Shown here: positions 15,138 to 28,664 of the stretch, piece after piece
Layout: each line of letters starts with the position of its first letter
How positions within the stretch are numbered: position 1 is the stretch's first letter
Source: Octopus sinensis
Taxonomy: Eukaryota
Direction: 5' to 3'
NCBI RefSeq assembly: GCF_006345805.1
Contig: NC_043010.1
Span: 23,126,001-23,190,000, forward strand
Length of the DNA: 64,000 nucleotides
Translations under genes and position numbers: made by a program
Notes under the pieces: model-generated
What the model saw: only the letters and a program-made list of their open reading frames with translations
Database searches by the model: none
Told to the model about the DNA's origin: nothing

Positions 15138-15530
15138 GAAAGTTTGTGTGTATGTGTGTGAGTTTGTGTATATGTGTGTGTGGTGTGTGTTCGTGTGTGT
15201 ATACGCTTAGGCACATACACGCTCATACTCGCATTTACATATATATATGAGTACTGCATGGAGGCATCCGTATACATAGACACACACGTAATCATTAAAA
15301 ATATAATAGAAATGACAAATATCGCGAAATCAATCGGATCGTAAACAAACTGAACTCCATGAAACAAAGATGAGATTGTGTGATTTACATATTCCTTTCC
15401 CCACAAAGTAATTGCCGACTTCAGAAAACTAGTTATTACGGAGGGAAGACTCTGTGTGTGTTGTGTGTACGTTCGTGTGTGTTGGTTTGTGTGTAGGTAT
15501 GTGTGTATGTAAAACTATGGGTGTGTGTTT

Positions 15531-15578
<48 letters not shown>

Positions 15579-15609
15579 CTGTCAATAAATGTCTGCCTGT
15601 GGGTGTACG

Positions 15610-15651
<42 letters not shown>

Positions 15652-15857
15652 CTATTTAATGATTTCCGTGTCAAAACACATTACAAGCATTCATAAATAG
15701 GTTGAAAGAAAAGCTACACACGCATTCACTCAAAATTAGCATCCAATATATTCGACTTATGTACGCAGCAAAATATTGGAAGCTACAAACACACACACAC
15801 ACACACACATAAATATATGTATAAATATATTAATATAATATATATATGCATATGTAT

Positions 15858-15911
<54 letters not shown>

Positions 15912-16330
15912 CACAAATATATTAAAAATATATATACAAATATATATGTATAAATCCTTAAATCCTTAAAAATGTTTTAGCCGAAGGCCGCGATAAATAT
16001 ATATATATATGTATACACATATATATTTGTATATATATTTATCTATATTTAGATGTAAGATATAATACAAATATATATAATATATATACAAATATATATG
16101 TATATATATAATGTATGTATGTATATGCATATATATATATATGTGTGTGTGTGTGTACATGTACACCTACATATTTGAAACATGCATATATAATATATAT
16201 ATATATATGTACAGATATATATAAGTATATATGTTTACAGACATAAACATATACGAATATATACGCTTGTATGTATATATATATATATATAAATACATAT
16301 ATGTACATATTATATATTATATATATATAT

Positions 16331-16924
16331 ATAATTCAACAATTGAGGGTAAAATTAATTAATTATATTAATCTTTCACCAAGTATTCAGTATGTAAAGG
16401 ACCATTTAAGGCGAATTCAAATATTACATTATATAAAAGGGCTTAGTAAAATAAATACTTTGCACATACTGAACTCATTAGAAATAGTAGCCTAAAAAAC
16501 TTTTTTAAAACTATTTCTAATACTTAAAGAAAATCTCTCTCTCATATAGTGTTTGCTCAATTAACTCACGTAAAGTATGGGGGTAAAGACATTAAAAAAC
16601 AAATGCAAAGGTTATTTGAGAACGTACGTTTCAAAGATTAGTCAACTCGACATTTCTATCATCAGCTCAGAACTCCTTGGTTTGGATTTGAAAACACTGA
16701 AAGTGGGAGCATACCCTTTCGGCTTCTTATCCCTTCTGAAGATGTGCTCGAAACTAACAGTGCCAGCAACAAACCCAAAATATGCAAGCGAAGAATTTCT
16801 GCCTCTCCCCTTTCCACCAGCGTGGGTAAAATCAGTAAACCACTATGCTTTTTCGATAACATCCGAAGCATTAAATAGAGAGAGATGAATTATAATTTCA
16901 ACAATTGAGGGTAAAATTAATTAA
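16331..16924 (-). mobile_element. 562-bp monomer HHR element, homologous to the 43.9 kb element; second unit starts at about 16892 and runs into the gap
   Basis: Shares GGGTAAAATTAATTAATT...TTTCACCAAGTA...GACCATTT...TTAGAAATAG with 43866/44451. The terminal motif recurs 562 bp later. (TA)n on the left flank. Confidence 0.75.
16617..16669 (-). ncRNA. Type I hammerhead ribozyme (GUU triplet)
   Basis: Minus strand reads UGAG-CUGAUGA-[stem II]-GAAAC-GUAC-GUU^CUCA, at the same distance (about 290 nt) from the element end as the 44.1 kb HHR. Confidence 0.75.
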
Positions 16925-17024
16925 NNNNNNNNNNNNNNNNNNNNNNNNNNNNNNNNNNNNNNNNNNNNNNNNNNNNNNNNNNNNNNNNNNNNNNNNNNNN
17001 NNNNNNNNNNNNNNNNNNNNNNNN
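16925..17024. other. Assembly gap (100 N)
   Basis: Run of 100 N. Confidence 1.
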
Positions 17025-17192
17025 CGCCAATGATACACACGTGGTCACATATTGAATGACCGGAAGGGAATGGGTGAAGATAAAAAAATTCTTTCAAAGA
17101 CAGGAGAGTGCAAGAGAAGGAGGTATATGTGTGTATGTGTGGGTATATGCGTGCGCGCAGGTCTGTGTGTGTGTAATGATAGCATGTGTGTC

Positions 17193-17239
<47 letters not shown>

Positions 17240-17877
17240 TTGGGCTTAGTATCGTTTAAGTTCATAGGAAGAATTTATAGTAGGAGTGGCTCCTCTGTTG
17301 TGCGTCTACCTACACATGTGCGTAGGAGAATGGTCAGTGGAAGGTACTGGTAGTTTGAAGTATGTGTGTGTGCGTGTATGTATATGTAGTGTGTGCGTGT
17401 GTATGTGTATATGTGTGTGTTCGTGTGCATATGAGTGTATGCGTAAGGGCTGTGTGTGTGTGTGGGAAGAATATATATATATAAACAACTTTAAATAAGG
17501 GCAAACGAAAAAATTTCTAATGCCAAATATGCCGAAAATTGGACATATTGTCCATTTACCATATCATTTTTTTCTCAGTATGCACGCTACTCGAAAAAAG
17601 GTCGACAGAAATTTCTAAAAAATTCCATTATTACCATATCGGACCGATTTCAGGGTTAGTTCAAAAAGAACCCTCCCTTCGTCAGTGATACATGTGGCAA
17701 AGAAGTAAATGAGATACTTACTCATACCCATGGAAGAAGCAAACACTAAGTCATGAGCACAACTAAGTACCCCAAATAAATCCCAAATAGAAATACTGCA
17801 GCCCATTCAAGGCACGTGCGATTTGAACTGAGGCACTCACAGAGTGGAGAGAGTCCGGAAGTGAACACTATTAAATT

Positions 17878-17917
<40 letters not shown>

Positions 17918-18118
17918 TAATATACCTATAAGAACGTAACGGACGACAATAAACAAACAAAAACTGACAGGAAAACCAACCAGGATGGAACATTCGTAGA
18001 TTTCTATTCATCAGTCAAGCTTCCAATCATTATTACAGTTTATACATACATACATACATACATACATACAGACATGCATACATACATGCATACATACATG
18101 CATACATACATGCATACA

Positions 18119-18159
<41 letters not shown>

Positions 18160-18486
18160 TACATTTATATTAATGCTTGTTTTTATGTGAAGTTATATAT
18201 AAAGAATTTAACATTAAGCTGAAAGGATATTCAATATGTTTTAGTAAAGCGCATGTTTATTGAACATTTACAGCGAAAAAGTTGACAGTAACCTCGAAGT
18301 CTCGGTTAGCTCACTGTCATGAGATAGTGTGTTGATAGTAAGCATGCGAAAGCTAAGCATCTTCAAAGTTACTCACACACACACAGTCACACATATAATA
18401 CATACACACACATATATGTATGTTTATATATATATATGTATGTACACATAAAAACACACGCACATAAAAACACAGTCACATGCACA

Positions 18487-18531
<45 letters not shown>

Positions 18532-19372
18532 ACGCACACAGGCGCAGCACACAGCATACACATTTATGTATAGCGAGAGCAAAAGCTGCAGAGGGGGACA
18601 GTGAGGAAATATCTAGGATTGTGGGAGAGGGGAGAAAAGTCTAGTAAGTGCCATCACATTTCTCCAAGAAAATTGAGATAATAGATTAAAAATTAAATAT
18701 TTAAAGCCACCTCCATTGCTTGGCTTGCAACTGTCATTAATCTCGCTGCATCTCGTCTAACTCTCTCGCTACGGAACTCTCTATGCGTAGGTACCTGCCA
18801 ATGTGTACGTTTTTGCGTGTGCATGCGTACATGTGTATGTAGATGCGCGCGTGAGTGTGTGTGTGTGCGCACTTGTTATGCTTCTAGTATTCTCTTGTTG
18901 ATTTCGTATAGGCTAAGCGAGTGTATATATATATATATATTATATATATATATGAGTGTGTGCGTATGTGTGTGTGTGTGTGTGTGTGTGTACAGGGGTA
19001 TACTGCACACAAAAGTTTATGCATATGTATATATACTTGTGTTCACAGATGTGTATTCATGAAAACATACATACACAGATATGTATAATATATGTACTTA
19101 TGTGAGGCCTTGTGTGAATGTTTGCGCGTGTGTGTGTTGGAGGTGCATGTATGAATTTATGTACGCTTAAGTATTTATTATAATATATATATAAATATGT
19201 TTGTATGTATATATATATATGCATATATATGTATGTATATATATACATATTTATATATATATATACATTATATATATATATACATACATATCTATGTATA
19301 TATATATATATATATATATGCACACACACACACACATATATATACATACACATATATATATATATAAGATAT

Positions 19373-19450
<78 letters not shown>

Positions 19451-20027
19451 CATACCCGCGCACTCCACGAGTATGGATGCACATAAACACATAAAGACAT
19501 GATACGCCGTTGCAAAGTAAAACATGAAAATATACCTGAGTGACAAATAATACTTTTGTTGACACGAAATCAATGTTTTTTAATCAGATTTTGCGACAAA
19601 CTTAATTTTAAAATCTTTATTTGTTCGCAAAATCTTCTTAAATTCTGATGTGATTTACTCGGTATAGAGTTTACTCGGTTTCTTTCCTGCATACTCATCA
19701 GACAGAAACAAAATCTGTACTCATTGATCACGTGGAAGTTTTTCAATTATTTATCTATTTATTTTGTTATTTTGCAAAAAGCTACAACATTAAACATTCT
19801 GGTGCATTGCTAATTTGTAATAAGGAAATTCTTGAAAAAGATGCTTTTTCTTTAATAAAATGATTTTTTATGTACAAACTGTACTAGTTGTTAATACAAT
19901 GCACATACTTTATAACGTGTTGAGCAAACATAAGTGAACTCATCCTGCTAGATTTATCGACCAATGTCTTTTTTTTTGTTTTGTAATCATATGAGGGCAA
20001 TTAAAAATAATACGAAGTTAACATTGG

Positions 20028-20390
20028 CACTGGTGTGGCTGTGTGGTAAGAAGTTGGTTTCCCAACTACATGGTTTTGGGTTCAGTCCCTCTGCATGGCA
20101 CATTGAACAAATATCTTGTACTATAGCTTCGGGCCACAACCAAAGCCTTGAGCCTTGTGAGTGGATTTGGTAGACGGAAACTGAAAGAGACAGGTGTGTG
20201 TGTGTGTGTGTGTGTGTGTATTTGTCCTCCACCACCGCTTAATACTCGGTGTTGCTATGCTTACGCATCCAAAACTGGTTCGGCAAAAGTAGCAGATGAA
20301 ATCAGTAACATGCTTTGAAAGATTGTGGTTGATTCTTTCGACTAAAATTCCTCAAGACGATGCCCCAGTATAGATGCAAGACCCGGAAGA
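20028..20390 (+). mobile_element. SINE family A, diverged
   Basis: Similarity to the other copies. Confidence 0.7.
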
Positions 20391-20995
20391 ATTTTTAGGT
20401 GATTGAATAATTTTCTTTAAGGATGGTACTCATTTTATCGGTTACTTATACCGAACCGCTAATAAGCATAACAACACTGGTTGTCAAGCGGGTATGATGA
20501 CCAAATACAAAGACACATAGACACATATGTATTAATACAATGAGTGTCTTTCAATTTTCATCAACCAATTCCCATAACAAAGCTTTAGTCGTGGCCCGAG
20601 GCTATACAAGATACTTGCCCAAAATGCTCTTTTACTGGGACTGCGCCAACAAAAGGCTATGTATATATATATATATATATATTATATATTCGTGTGTGTG
20701 TGTGTGTGTTTGTGTAAGAAGCTTTTGTGTAATGAGAGAAAAAAGTGCTGTGAAGATATCAGAACATTTATAGATATAAAGTCTATAAATGTTCTAATAT
20801 CTACACAGACTTGCTTTTTTTTTATCTTATTACGCAAAAATTTCTTACATGTACACGCTAACATATGACCAACGTTGAACCCCTTATTCGCAATCACCGA
20901 ACCTCGAACTTAACTATTGTCTGTCTATAGAACTTATTCAACATTACCTGACAACTTTGGGTCAGACCCTATATATATATATATATATATATATA

Positions 20996-21182
20996 CCGGA
21001 GTAAACACATAAATGTGAAACAATGTGGAAAAAAGAGTACTCAATAGCAGTGGTAGAGTAATATGCTTTATTTAAAGCAGCAGAAAATTCAACAAACCTG
21101 TTACTCTGAGTTTCCGTTGATGAACGGCAACGGAAACTCAGAGTAACAGGTTTTGTTGAATTTTCTGCTGCTTTAAATAAAG
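20996..21182 (-). mobile_element. Short Penelope-like 3' end with a 54-bp inverted arm (hairpin 21066-21182)
   Basis: Near-perfect inverted repeat with an 8-nt loop. Contains UGAUGA-A-CG(GCAA)CG-GAAAC-UCAGA-GUA-ACAGG. (TA)n on both flanks. Confidence 0.55.
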
Positions 21183-21198
21183 TATATAGATATATATA

Positions 21199-21253
21199 TG
21201 GCGGTGCCCCAGCATGGCCACAGCTCATGAGCTGAAACTAGAATCAATCAATC
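21199..21253 (+). mobile_element. Very short 3'-terminal copy of the same LINE
   Basis: GGCGGTGCCCCAGCATGGCCACAGCTCATGAGCTGAAACTAG followed by (AATC)n. Confidence 0.6.
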
Positions 21254-21553
21254 ATATATATATATATAAGTGAAGCACCTAATCTCCACGCTGCTCCGGC
21301 AGAAGGTAGTGGCGAACTTCTTCTGACTCTTTCGCCACAACTTTCTCTCACTTTTCCCTCCTGCATCTTGCAGCTCACTTGCGACTGACCGGCGTCCCGT
21401 CCAGGTGGAGTACCTATACGCCAAGGAAACCGGGAAACCGGCCCTTATGAGCCAGGCATGCCTCGAGAAGGGACAAACACACACACTACATACACATACA
21501 TATATATATATTACTCAAAGAAATTCCAGCTTTGTCTTGACTTTCACATTTTA

Positions 21554-22635
21554 TTAGGTCGCCCAGTATGAAATTTGTAGAAAAAAAAAAAAGTTCGCTG
21601 ATGTTTTATAAATACAAGGAATAGTTTTATTCATTAAAGCTTGTACCCATATTGTCAAAACACTTTTGCCATTTCAGTGGTAGTTTGTCCAGCCCGGAAC
21701 TGTAAAAGCCTATCAATCTAGAGTCAATAAGGTCTTGGAAGGCCTGTTTTACAGCATTGTCGGAATTAAATCATTTTTATATAAAAAAATAAATATGAGT
21801 AGATCTGTTAACTAATCTAGGCTGTTTTTTTTTTGTAGGTTTCTGCATCATTTGGTCCAGCTGGCCGTAATTGATAGCCAGGTTGAAATAAATCATAAAG
21901 GATCTCACCCGTGCCAGACTACCAAACACACACCATCAGCTTCTTTTAATGAGTTTTGCTTTTTGGACTCTGTTTTGGTGGCTCGTCTTTGTTCAACCAT
22001 TGTGCTGATCCATTTCTCATCACATGTTACAATTCGATTTTAAAAAGATTCATTTTTGTATCGGCAGGCTTCCAAACGTTGCTGTTTCAGATTTTCATTG
22101 AGTTTAGGTGGAACCCACTTATTCAAATTTTTCACTTTACCGATTTGAACTAGGTGAGTCAATATTGTTTGCTTGCTAACACCAAACAACAATGATAATT
22201 CATGGATACTTTGAAATGGATCTGACTCGACAGTGGCTTTCAGTTCGTCATCATCCACCTTTGTTTCTCGTCGACCGCGTTGCTCAATTGTGAGGTCAAA
22301 GTTACCAGAAAGAAATTTTGCAAACCAATTTGATACTGTCTACTGTGTGATAACATTAGAATGAAATACTCCATTAATATTCCGAGCTGTCTGTGATGCT
22401 GTATTTCCAAGAAAGAACTCTTATTCCAAAACTGTACGAATTTCCGACTTATCCATCAATAAACAAAAAATAGCAAAAAACGATTTATAAATAATTTATA
22501 AAGCGGAAGATGAGTTAGAATAAAGAAATAATAACAAAAAATAAACATTGTCAAAGTATAATAATGGCGCAAAATGAGCAGCTGTCAAAGTTTACCACAT
22601 ACCTTACTACAAATTTCATACTTTACAATCTTGTT
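21554..22635 (-). mobile_element. Decayed, internally deleted mariner (Tc1/mariner) DNA transposon
   Basis: Transposase remnants: TVSNWFAKF..GNF, DDDELKATVESDP..., KWVPPKL, IVTCDEKWI and C-terminal GLDKLPLKWQKC. Partial TIR core AGTATGAAATTTGTAG (21565-21580) and CTACAAATTTCATACT (22607-22622). TA at 21552. Confidence 0.85.
22040..22258 (-). pseudogene. Mariner transposase HTH fragment
   Basis: ORF MDDDELKATVESDPFQSIHELSLLFGVSKQTILTHLVQIGKVKNLNKWVPPKL (WVPHEL-like motif). Confidence 0.85.
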
Positions 22636-22770
22636 ATAATATATAATAATATAATATATTATAATAATATAATATAATATAATAATATAATATAATATAA
22701 TAATATAATATAATATAATATAATATAATATAATATAATATAATACAATATAAGATAATATAATATGATG
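22636..22770. repeat. (TAATA)n microsatellite
   Basis: Direct reading. Confidence 0.9.
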
Positions 22771-23001
22771 AAACAATAGAATAAATGTCCATTCTGATGA
22801 ATTCCGCGGGTGTATCATAATTTAATTCATTTCAACAGCTGTTTCGTTAAGGAAATACGTAACTAATTACATTTTACTGAAATTACTATGTTATAACGTG
22901 TTGTCATTTAACGACCTATTACTTATTGAGTTCACTAGGCGGCGAACTGGCAGAATCTGTAGTACGCCTGACAAAATGCATAGCGGTATCTACTCATAAG
23001 G

Positions 23002-23234
23002 AAGGTGGCGAGCTAGCAGAAACGTTAGCACGCCGGGCGAAATGCTTACCGGTATTTCGTCTGCCGTTACGGTCTGAGTTCAAATTCCACCGAGGTCGAC
23101 TTTGCCTTTCATCCTTTCGGGGTCGATAAATTAAGTACCAGTTACGCACTGGGGTCGATGTAATCGACTTAATCCGTTTGTCTGTCCTTGTTTGTCCCCT
23201 CTGTGTTTGGCCCCCTGTGGGTAGTAAAGAAATA
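23002..23234 (+). mobile_element. tRNA-derived SINE family B with a 17-bp flanking direct repeat (TSD)
   Basis: GAGCTAGCAGAAACGTTAGCACG...GTTCAAATTCC...TTTCATCCTTTCGGGGTCGATAAA. GGTATCTACTCATAAGG at 22985-23001 and 23235-23251. Confidence 0.85.
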
Positions 23235-23915
23235 GGTATCTACTCATAAGGTTTAAGTCGAACCGGGACTGTAGTGAATGGCTCTTGCCTTAGGTGTCGT
23301 CACACAGTAGGACTGAACCCGGAACCATTTAGTTAGGAAGCATACTTCTTACTATACATCCGCACCTGAACCTACGTAGGTGTATGTATGTATGTATTTA
23401 TGTACATATATATATGTGTGTGTGTGTGTATATACACACACACACACACATATATAGGCGTCGATGCACGAGTGTGTATGCGCGCGTCCGTGTCCAGTTC
23501 AAGAAACTGTTTTATGCCTACAACTTTACATCTTTCTTCGGTAATTAAGGATTTCAATCACTCAATCAAAACCCCTGCCTTCTTTGAATTAGGGAGTAAA
23601 TATTCCCCACCTTTCCAAGAAGTTTGACTTTTAAGCTTCTTATCTCTTCAACTCAAAGTGAATTTTATTTCATATTTTCAGGGATTAATATTGCAGGTTA
23701 TCGATCTTCTTCGATTTTTAATGTTGGTTGTTGTATTCTGAGATTGGTTTCTTTTATTCTATGTATAACAACTAATTGAAAACCTAACTTTATTTTTTCT
23801 CCATTTCCTTTACTGTTTTGTTATGCATACATATATGTACATACATACGTCATTACATACATACAAACACACACTAACACACACACATACATACATATAT
23901 ATATATATATTATAT

Positions 23916-23973
<58 letters not shown>

Positions 23974-24030
23974 TGATAGATAGATAGATAATGCATACAT
24001 ACAAGCAGAGATGCTATGCATATATGTATA

Positions 24031-24095
<65 letters not shown>

Positions 24096-24373
24096 GTATA
24101 TTTATATTAAGCACACACTCACACACACAGATATATATATATATGCTTATATATACATAAGCATGTTAACTATATATATAGCGTGTGTGTGTTTATATAC
24201 GTATATACGCATATACTTATGTATATGTATAAGTACATATATATATATGTGTATGTGTGGGTGGGTGAGTGTGTATGCGCGCACATAAATATAAGTATAC
24301 ATGTATGAATGCAAGTATGTATGGATACATGTATGTATAATCTATAAGTATTTTAAGTATGTGTATATATTAA

Positions 24374-24453
<80 letters not shown>

Positions 24454-25242
24454 GTATGTATATATGCATGCGTGTAAGATGGGAAACATTACGTTCCTTC
24501 TTTTGGTGACAGCCATAAACTTCTTCCTGTCGTGAAACCCATCAACTTACTTAAAGTGAAAGTCGTTACGGCTAAAATAGACACATACCTTTGTATGATG
24601 TAATTACGTCATTATACGACATGACAAGGTAAGGCACACTCAAAAAAATTCATCCCTTAACAGCGAATTTTAAATAAGAACAAGGTTTTACACATATATC
24701 TTAAGTAATATCAGTGTAAAGAACGGCTTTCATAGAACAGAACACAAATAGAAATGAAGGACGAGTAATGGTGAGAGACGTCAGTTTAAATTTAAAATAA
24801 AAATGACATGATCGCTGTAATTAGATTATCAAAAGAAAGACTTCTGTTTTATTATTAATTTTTTTGTTGTTGCATTTTTTGTTGTCGTTGTTGTTGTGGT
24901 GCATCATATGGAAAAATATATTTCAATAAAGTTCAGAAACTGAGTTCGCTGTTCACATTCCTGTGTATGCATAAGTGTATGTGTGCATGGGTGTGTGTAT
25001 GTGTGTGAGATAGAGAGGGAGGGGGAGATAAAGAGAGAAGGTTGAAGAGAGACATTGTGACAGAGACACAGAGCATGCAAAATGTGATGGGAAGCAACAT
25101 GGACGCACGAACTCACGCACACGCGAACACGTTCATGCACACATAAGTGCGTGTGCATGTGTATATGTATATGTGCACGTTTGCGTCTGCATATGTCTAT
25201 GTATATATTTATGTATATATATGTATATGTATATATATGTAT

Positions 25243-25324
<82 letters not shown>

Positions 25325-25328
<4 letters not shown>

Positions 25329-25637
25329 CACCGTGATCACCGTGACCGACCAGGCTATCAGATGTTGTTACACATCGCTTGTCACAATGCGCTTCGCATT
25401 GTTTTAGCCTTCAAATGACGCCATCCCGCTGGCTAAAAAGCAGGCCAACAGAAGAAAGAGTGAGAGAAAGTTGTGGCGAAAGAGTACACCAGGGATCGCC
25501 ACCCCACCCCTGCCGGAGCCTCGTGGAGCTTTAGGTGTTTTCGCTCAATAAACACTCATAACGCCCGGTGTGGGAATCGAAACCAAGATCCTACGACCAC
25601 GAACCGCTGCCCTAACCACTGGGCCATTGCGCCTCCA
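25325..25637 (-). mobile_element. tRNA-derived SINE family D, tail type 1
   Basis: tRNA-like head at 25560-25637; central GAGTGAGAGAAAGTTGTGGCGAAAGA block. Confidence 0.7.
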
Positions 25638-25684
25638 CATATGTATATATATAAGTGTGTATATAAGTGTATGTATATATATAA

Positions 25685-25724
<40 letters not shown>

Positions 25725-25907
25725 TACAAAATTAGAGAATGGAGAAACATACTTAAATCAATAAAACATCAACTATCAGATGATACTCAATCAATACTTT
25801 AATACACCATTACATATCGGTAAAGGCACTATACACAATATACAGTAAGAGTAAATAGACAAAGAGATATAAGTAAAAAATGTTCAAATATAATATGTAA
25901 TTAAATC

Positions 25908-26023
25908 AAATCTGACAGCTGTTTCGGCAGTGAGGGCAGTCATACCTCATTTAACCTATAAGCCATAAAGGCAGGTATAAATGAGGCATTAACAAGGATG
26001 CCCCACGGCCTCTTCAGAGAATT
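25908..26023 (-). ncRNA. Type I hammerhead ribozyme (left-arm copy)
   Basis: Reverse complement of the 28.2 kb motif, with an intact GGC/GCC base of stem II. Confidence 0.78.
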
Positions 26024-26365
26024 AAATTAAATTTGTTATAATTGTGAAAAATATTATTAACCATATACATATAATATAATAAAAATAAAAATGTAAAATA
26101 TAAAAAAAACTTATACATCATAATGCTACACTTATATAATATAATACTCATTGGTACAATAATGGAAGGTAAACAGAACAAAATAAAACAAAATATATAT
26201 CAGTGTATATATTAATATTAATAAGCACCGATATTATACATATTTGGCTAATAGTTTAAAAAAAAACAAAAAAAACTAACACATAGGGAGATGAAAAATA
26301 ATTAAAACCATGGTTCAGTTCATAAAATTATAAAGCTATAAAAGTTAATAAAAATTACTATTAAT

Positions 26366-26414
<49 letters not shown>

Positions 26415-27829
26415 GATACAGTTATGTTTGCACCAAGTCCATCCTTTCAAGATCGAAATAACTATGAGTTTAGAAATGCTGACCACTAGGTAAAGATAAT
26501 TTAGATTAATTCGATTGGCTATTGGTTTGAAATTTAAATCACAAAAGAAATTATACGGTTGGTTAGTCAAGGAACGCCAATATTCACACGCGCATCTACA
26601 GGTCAATCGCACATACACACATAGTTATATGTGTACACATACACTTATACACATACATAATCACAAGCAACAACTAGCACATAGATAAACAAAAGGGGAA
26701 GCAACAATGCTACCATTTAGTCCTTCAAAATTATAACTATGCTTCAAATAACGAAAATGAACCACTCATGCATTTCATAAAATATTTAATTTAGATAGAA
26801 ATATATTTTTTAAATATCAGTATGTTACAAAGTCAGATAATTTCATTGGGTAACTTAAAATTTATAACACCGGTTTGTTGCATAGTAAACATACGGTTGT
26901 TAGATTATCGTAAGTTTGTTATGATTCCAAGTACGCTAAGTTATAAAATATAAAATATATATTAATTTATATATTATAAATAAATCTCTTATTTACTTAA
27001 TAAATTTAATGTCATAGTATACCAGTTTAGGCATTAAAAAATAGAAGGGGAAGTACTAATGCAAACGCATATGAGAACATCACAGAAATTTTAAAAAAAT
27101 TATATTATAAATACTTAAGAATATAAATTTTTTAAAAAAATTTCTGTGATGTTCTCATATGCGTTTGCATTAGTACTTCCCCTTCTATTTTTTAATGCCT
27201 AAACTGGTATACTATGACATTAAATTTATTAAGTAAATAAGAGATTTATTTATAATATATAAATTAATATAATTTTATATTTTATAACTTCTAGCGTACT
27301 TGGAATCATAACAAACTTACGATAATCTAACAACCGTATGTTTACTATGCAACAAACCGGTTTATAAATTTTAAGTTACCCAATGAAATTATCTGACTTT
27401 GTAACATACTGATATTTAAAAAATATATTTCTATCTAAATTAAATATTTTATGAAATGCATGAGTGGTTCATTTTCGTTATTTGAAGCATAGTTATAATT
27501 TTGAAGGACTAAATGGTAGCATTGTGCTTCCCCTTTTGTTTATCTATGTGCTAGTTGTTGCTTGTGATTATGTATGTGTATAAGTGTATGTGTACACATA
27601 TAACTATGTGTGTATGTGCGATTGACCTGTAGATGCGCGTGTGAATATTGGCGTTCCTTGACTAACACCGTATAATTTCTTTTGTGATTTAAATTTCAAA
27701 CCAATAGCCAATCGAATTAATCTAAATTATCTTTACCTAGTGGTCAGCATTTCTAAACTCATAGTTATTTCGATCTTGAAAGGATGGACTTGGTGCAAAA
27801 CATAACTGTATCTATTATTATTATTATTA

Positions 27830-27860
<31 letters not shown>

Positions 27861-28202
27861 ATTAATAGTAATTTTTATTACTTTTATAGCTTTATAATTT
27901 TATGAACTGAACCATGGTTTTAATTATTTTTCATCTCCCTATGTGTTAGTTTTTTTTTTTTTTTTTAAACTATTAGCCAAATATGTATAATATCGGTGCT
28001 TATAATATTAATATATACACTGATATATATTTGTTTTATTTTGTTCTGTTTACCTTCCATTATTGTACCAATGAGTATTATATTATATAAGTGTAGCATT
28101 ATGAGTATAAGTTTTTTTTTTTTTTATTTTACATTTTTATATTTTTTATATTTATATGTATATGGTTAATAATATTTTTCACAATTATAACAAATTTAAT
28201 TT

Positions 28203-28317
28203 AATTCTCTGAAGAGCCGTGGGGCATCCTTGTTAATGCCTCATTTATACCTGCCTTTATGGCTTATAGGTTAAATGAGGTATGACTGCCCTCACTGCCG
28301 AAACAGCTGTCAGATTT
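28203..28317 (+). ncRNA. Type I hammerhead ribozyme with extended stem II
   Basis: UCU-CUGAAGA-[about 85-nt stem II with GUG/CAC, GGGCA/UGCCC and CCUCAUUUA/UAAAUGAGG helices]-GAAAC-AGCU-GUC^AGA. Confidence 0.75.
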
Positions 28318-28664
28318 GATTTAATTACATATTATATTTGAACATTTTTTACTTATATCTCTTTGTCTATTTACTCTTACTGTATATTTTGTATAGTGCC
28401 TTACCGATATGTAATGGTGTATTAAAGTATTGATTGAGTATCATCTGATAGTTGATGTTTTATTGATTTAAGTATGTTCTCCATTCTCTAATTTTGTAGT
28501 ATTATTTACGGTAATATTATTACCTTTACCCATATAATACAATAGATGAACTGATTGTTTGACAATTTTTAAATCTATGTATTAGTCTTGTTGGGTACCT
28601 ATCTGGCAGTATATTGGATATATATTATCCCATGGTGGGTTGAATTTTCAACCCCTATCTCATT

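Noticed and set aside
19587-19634. 14-bp inverted repeat
   Set aside because: Short and AT-rich; compatible with chance.
25722-28501. Mitochondrial control region/NUMT
   Set aside because: AT-rich, but no mitochondrial tRNA, rRNA or protein fragment recognised; the HHR and (TA)n termini fit a retroelement.
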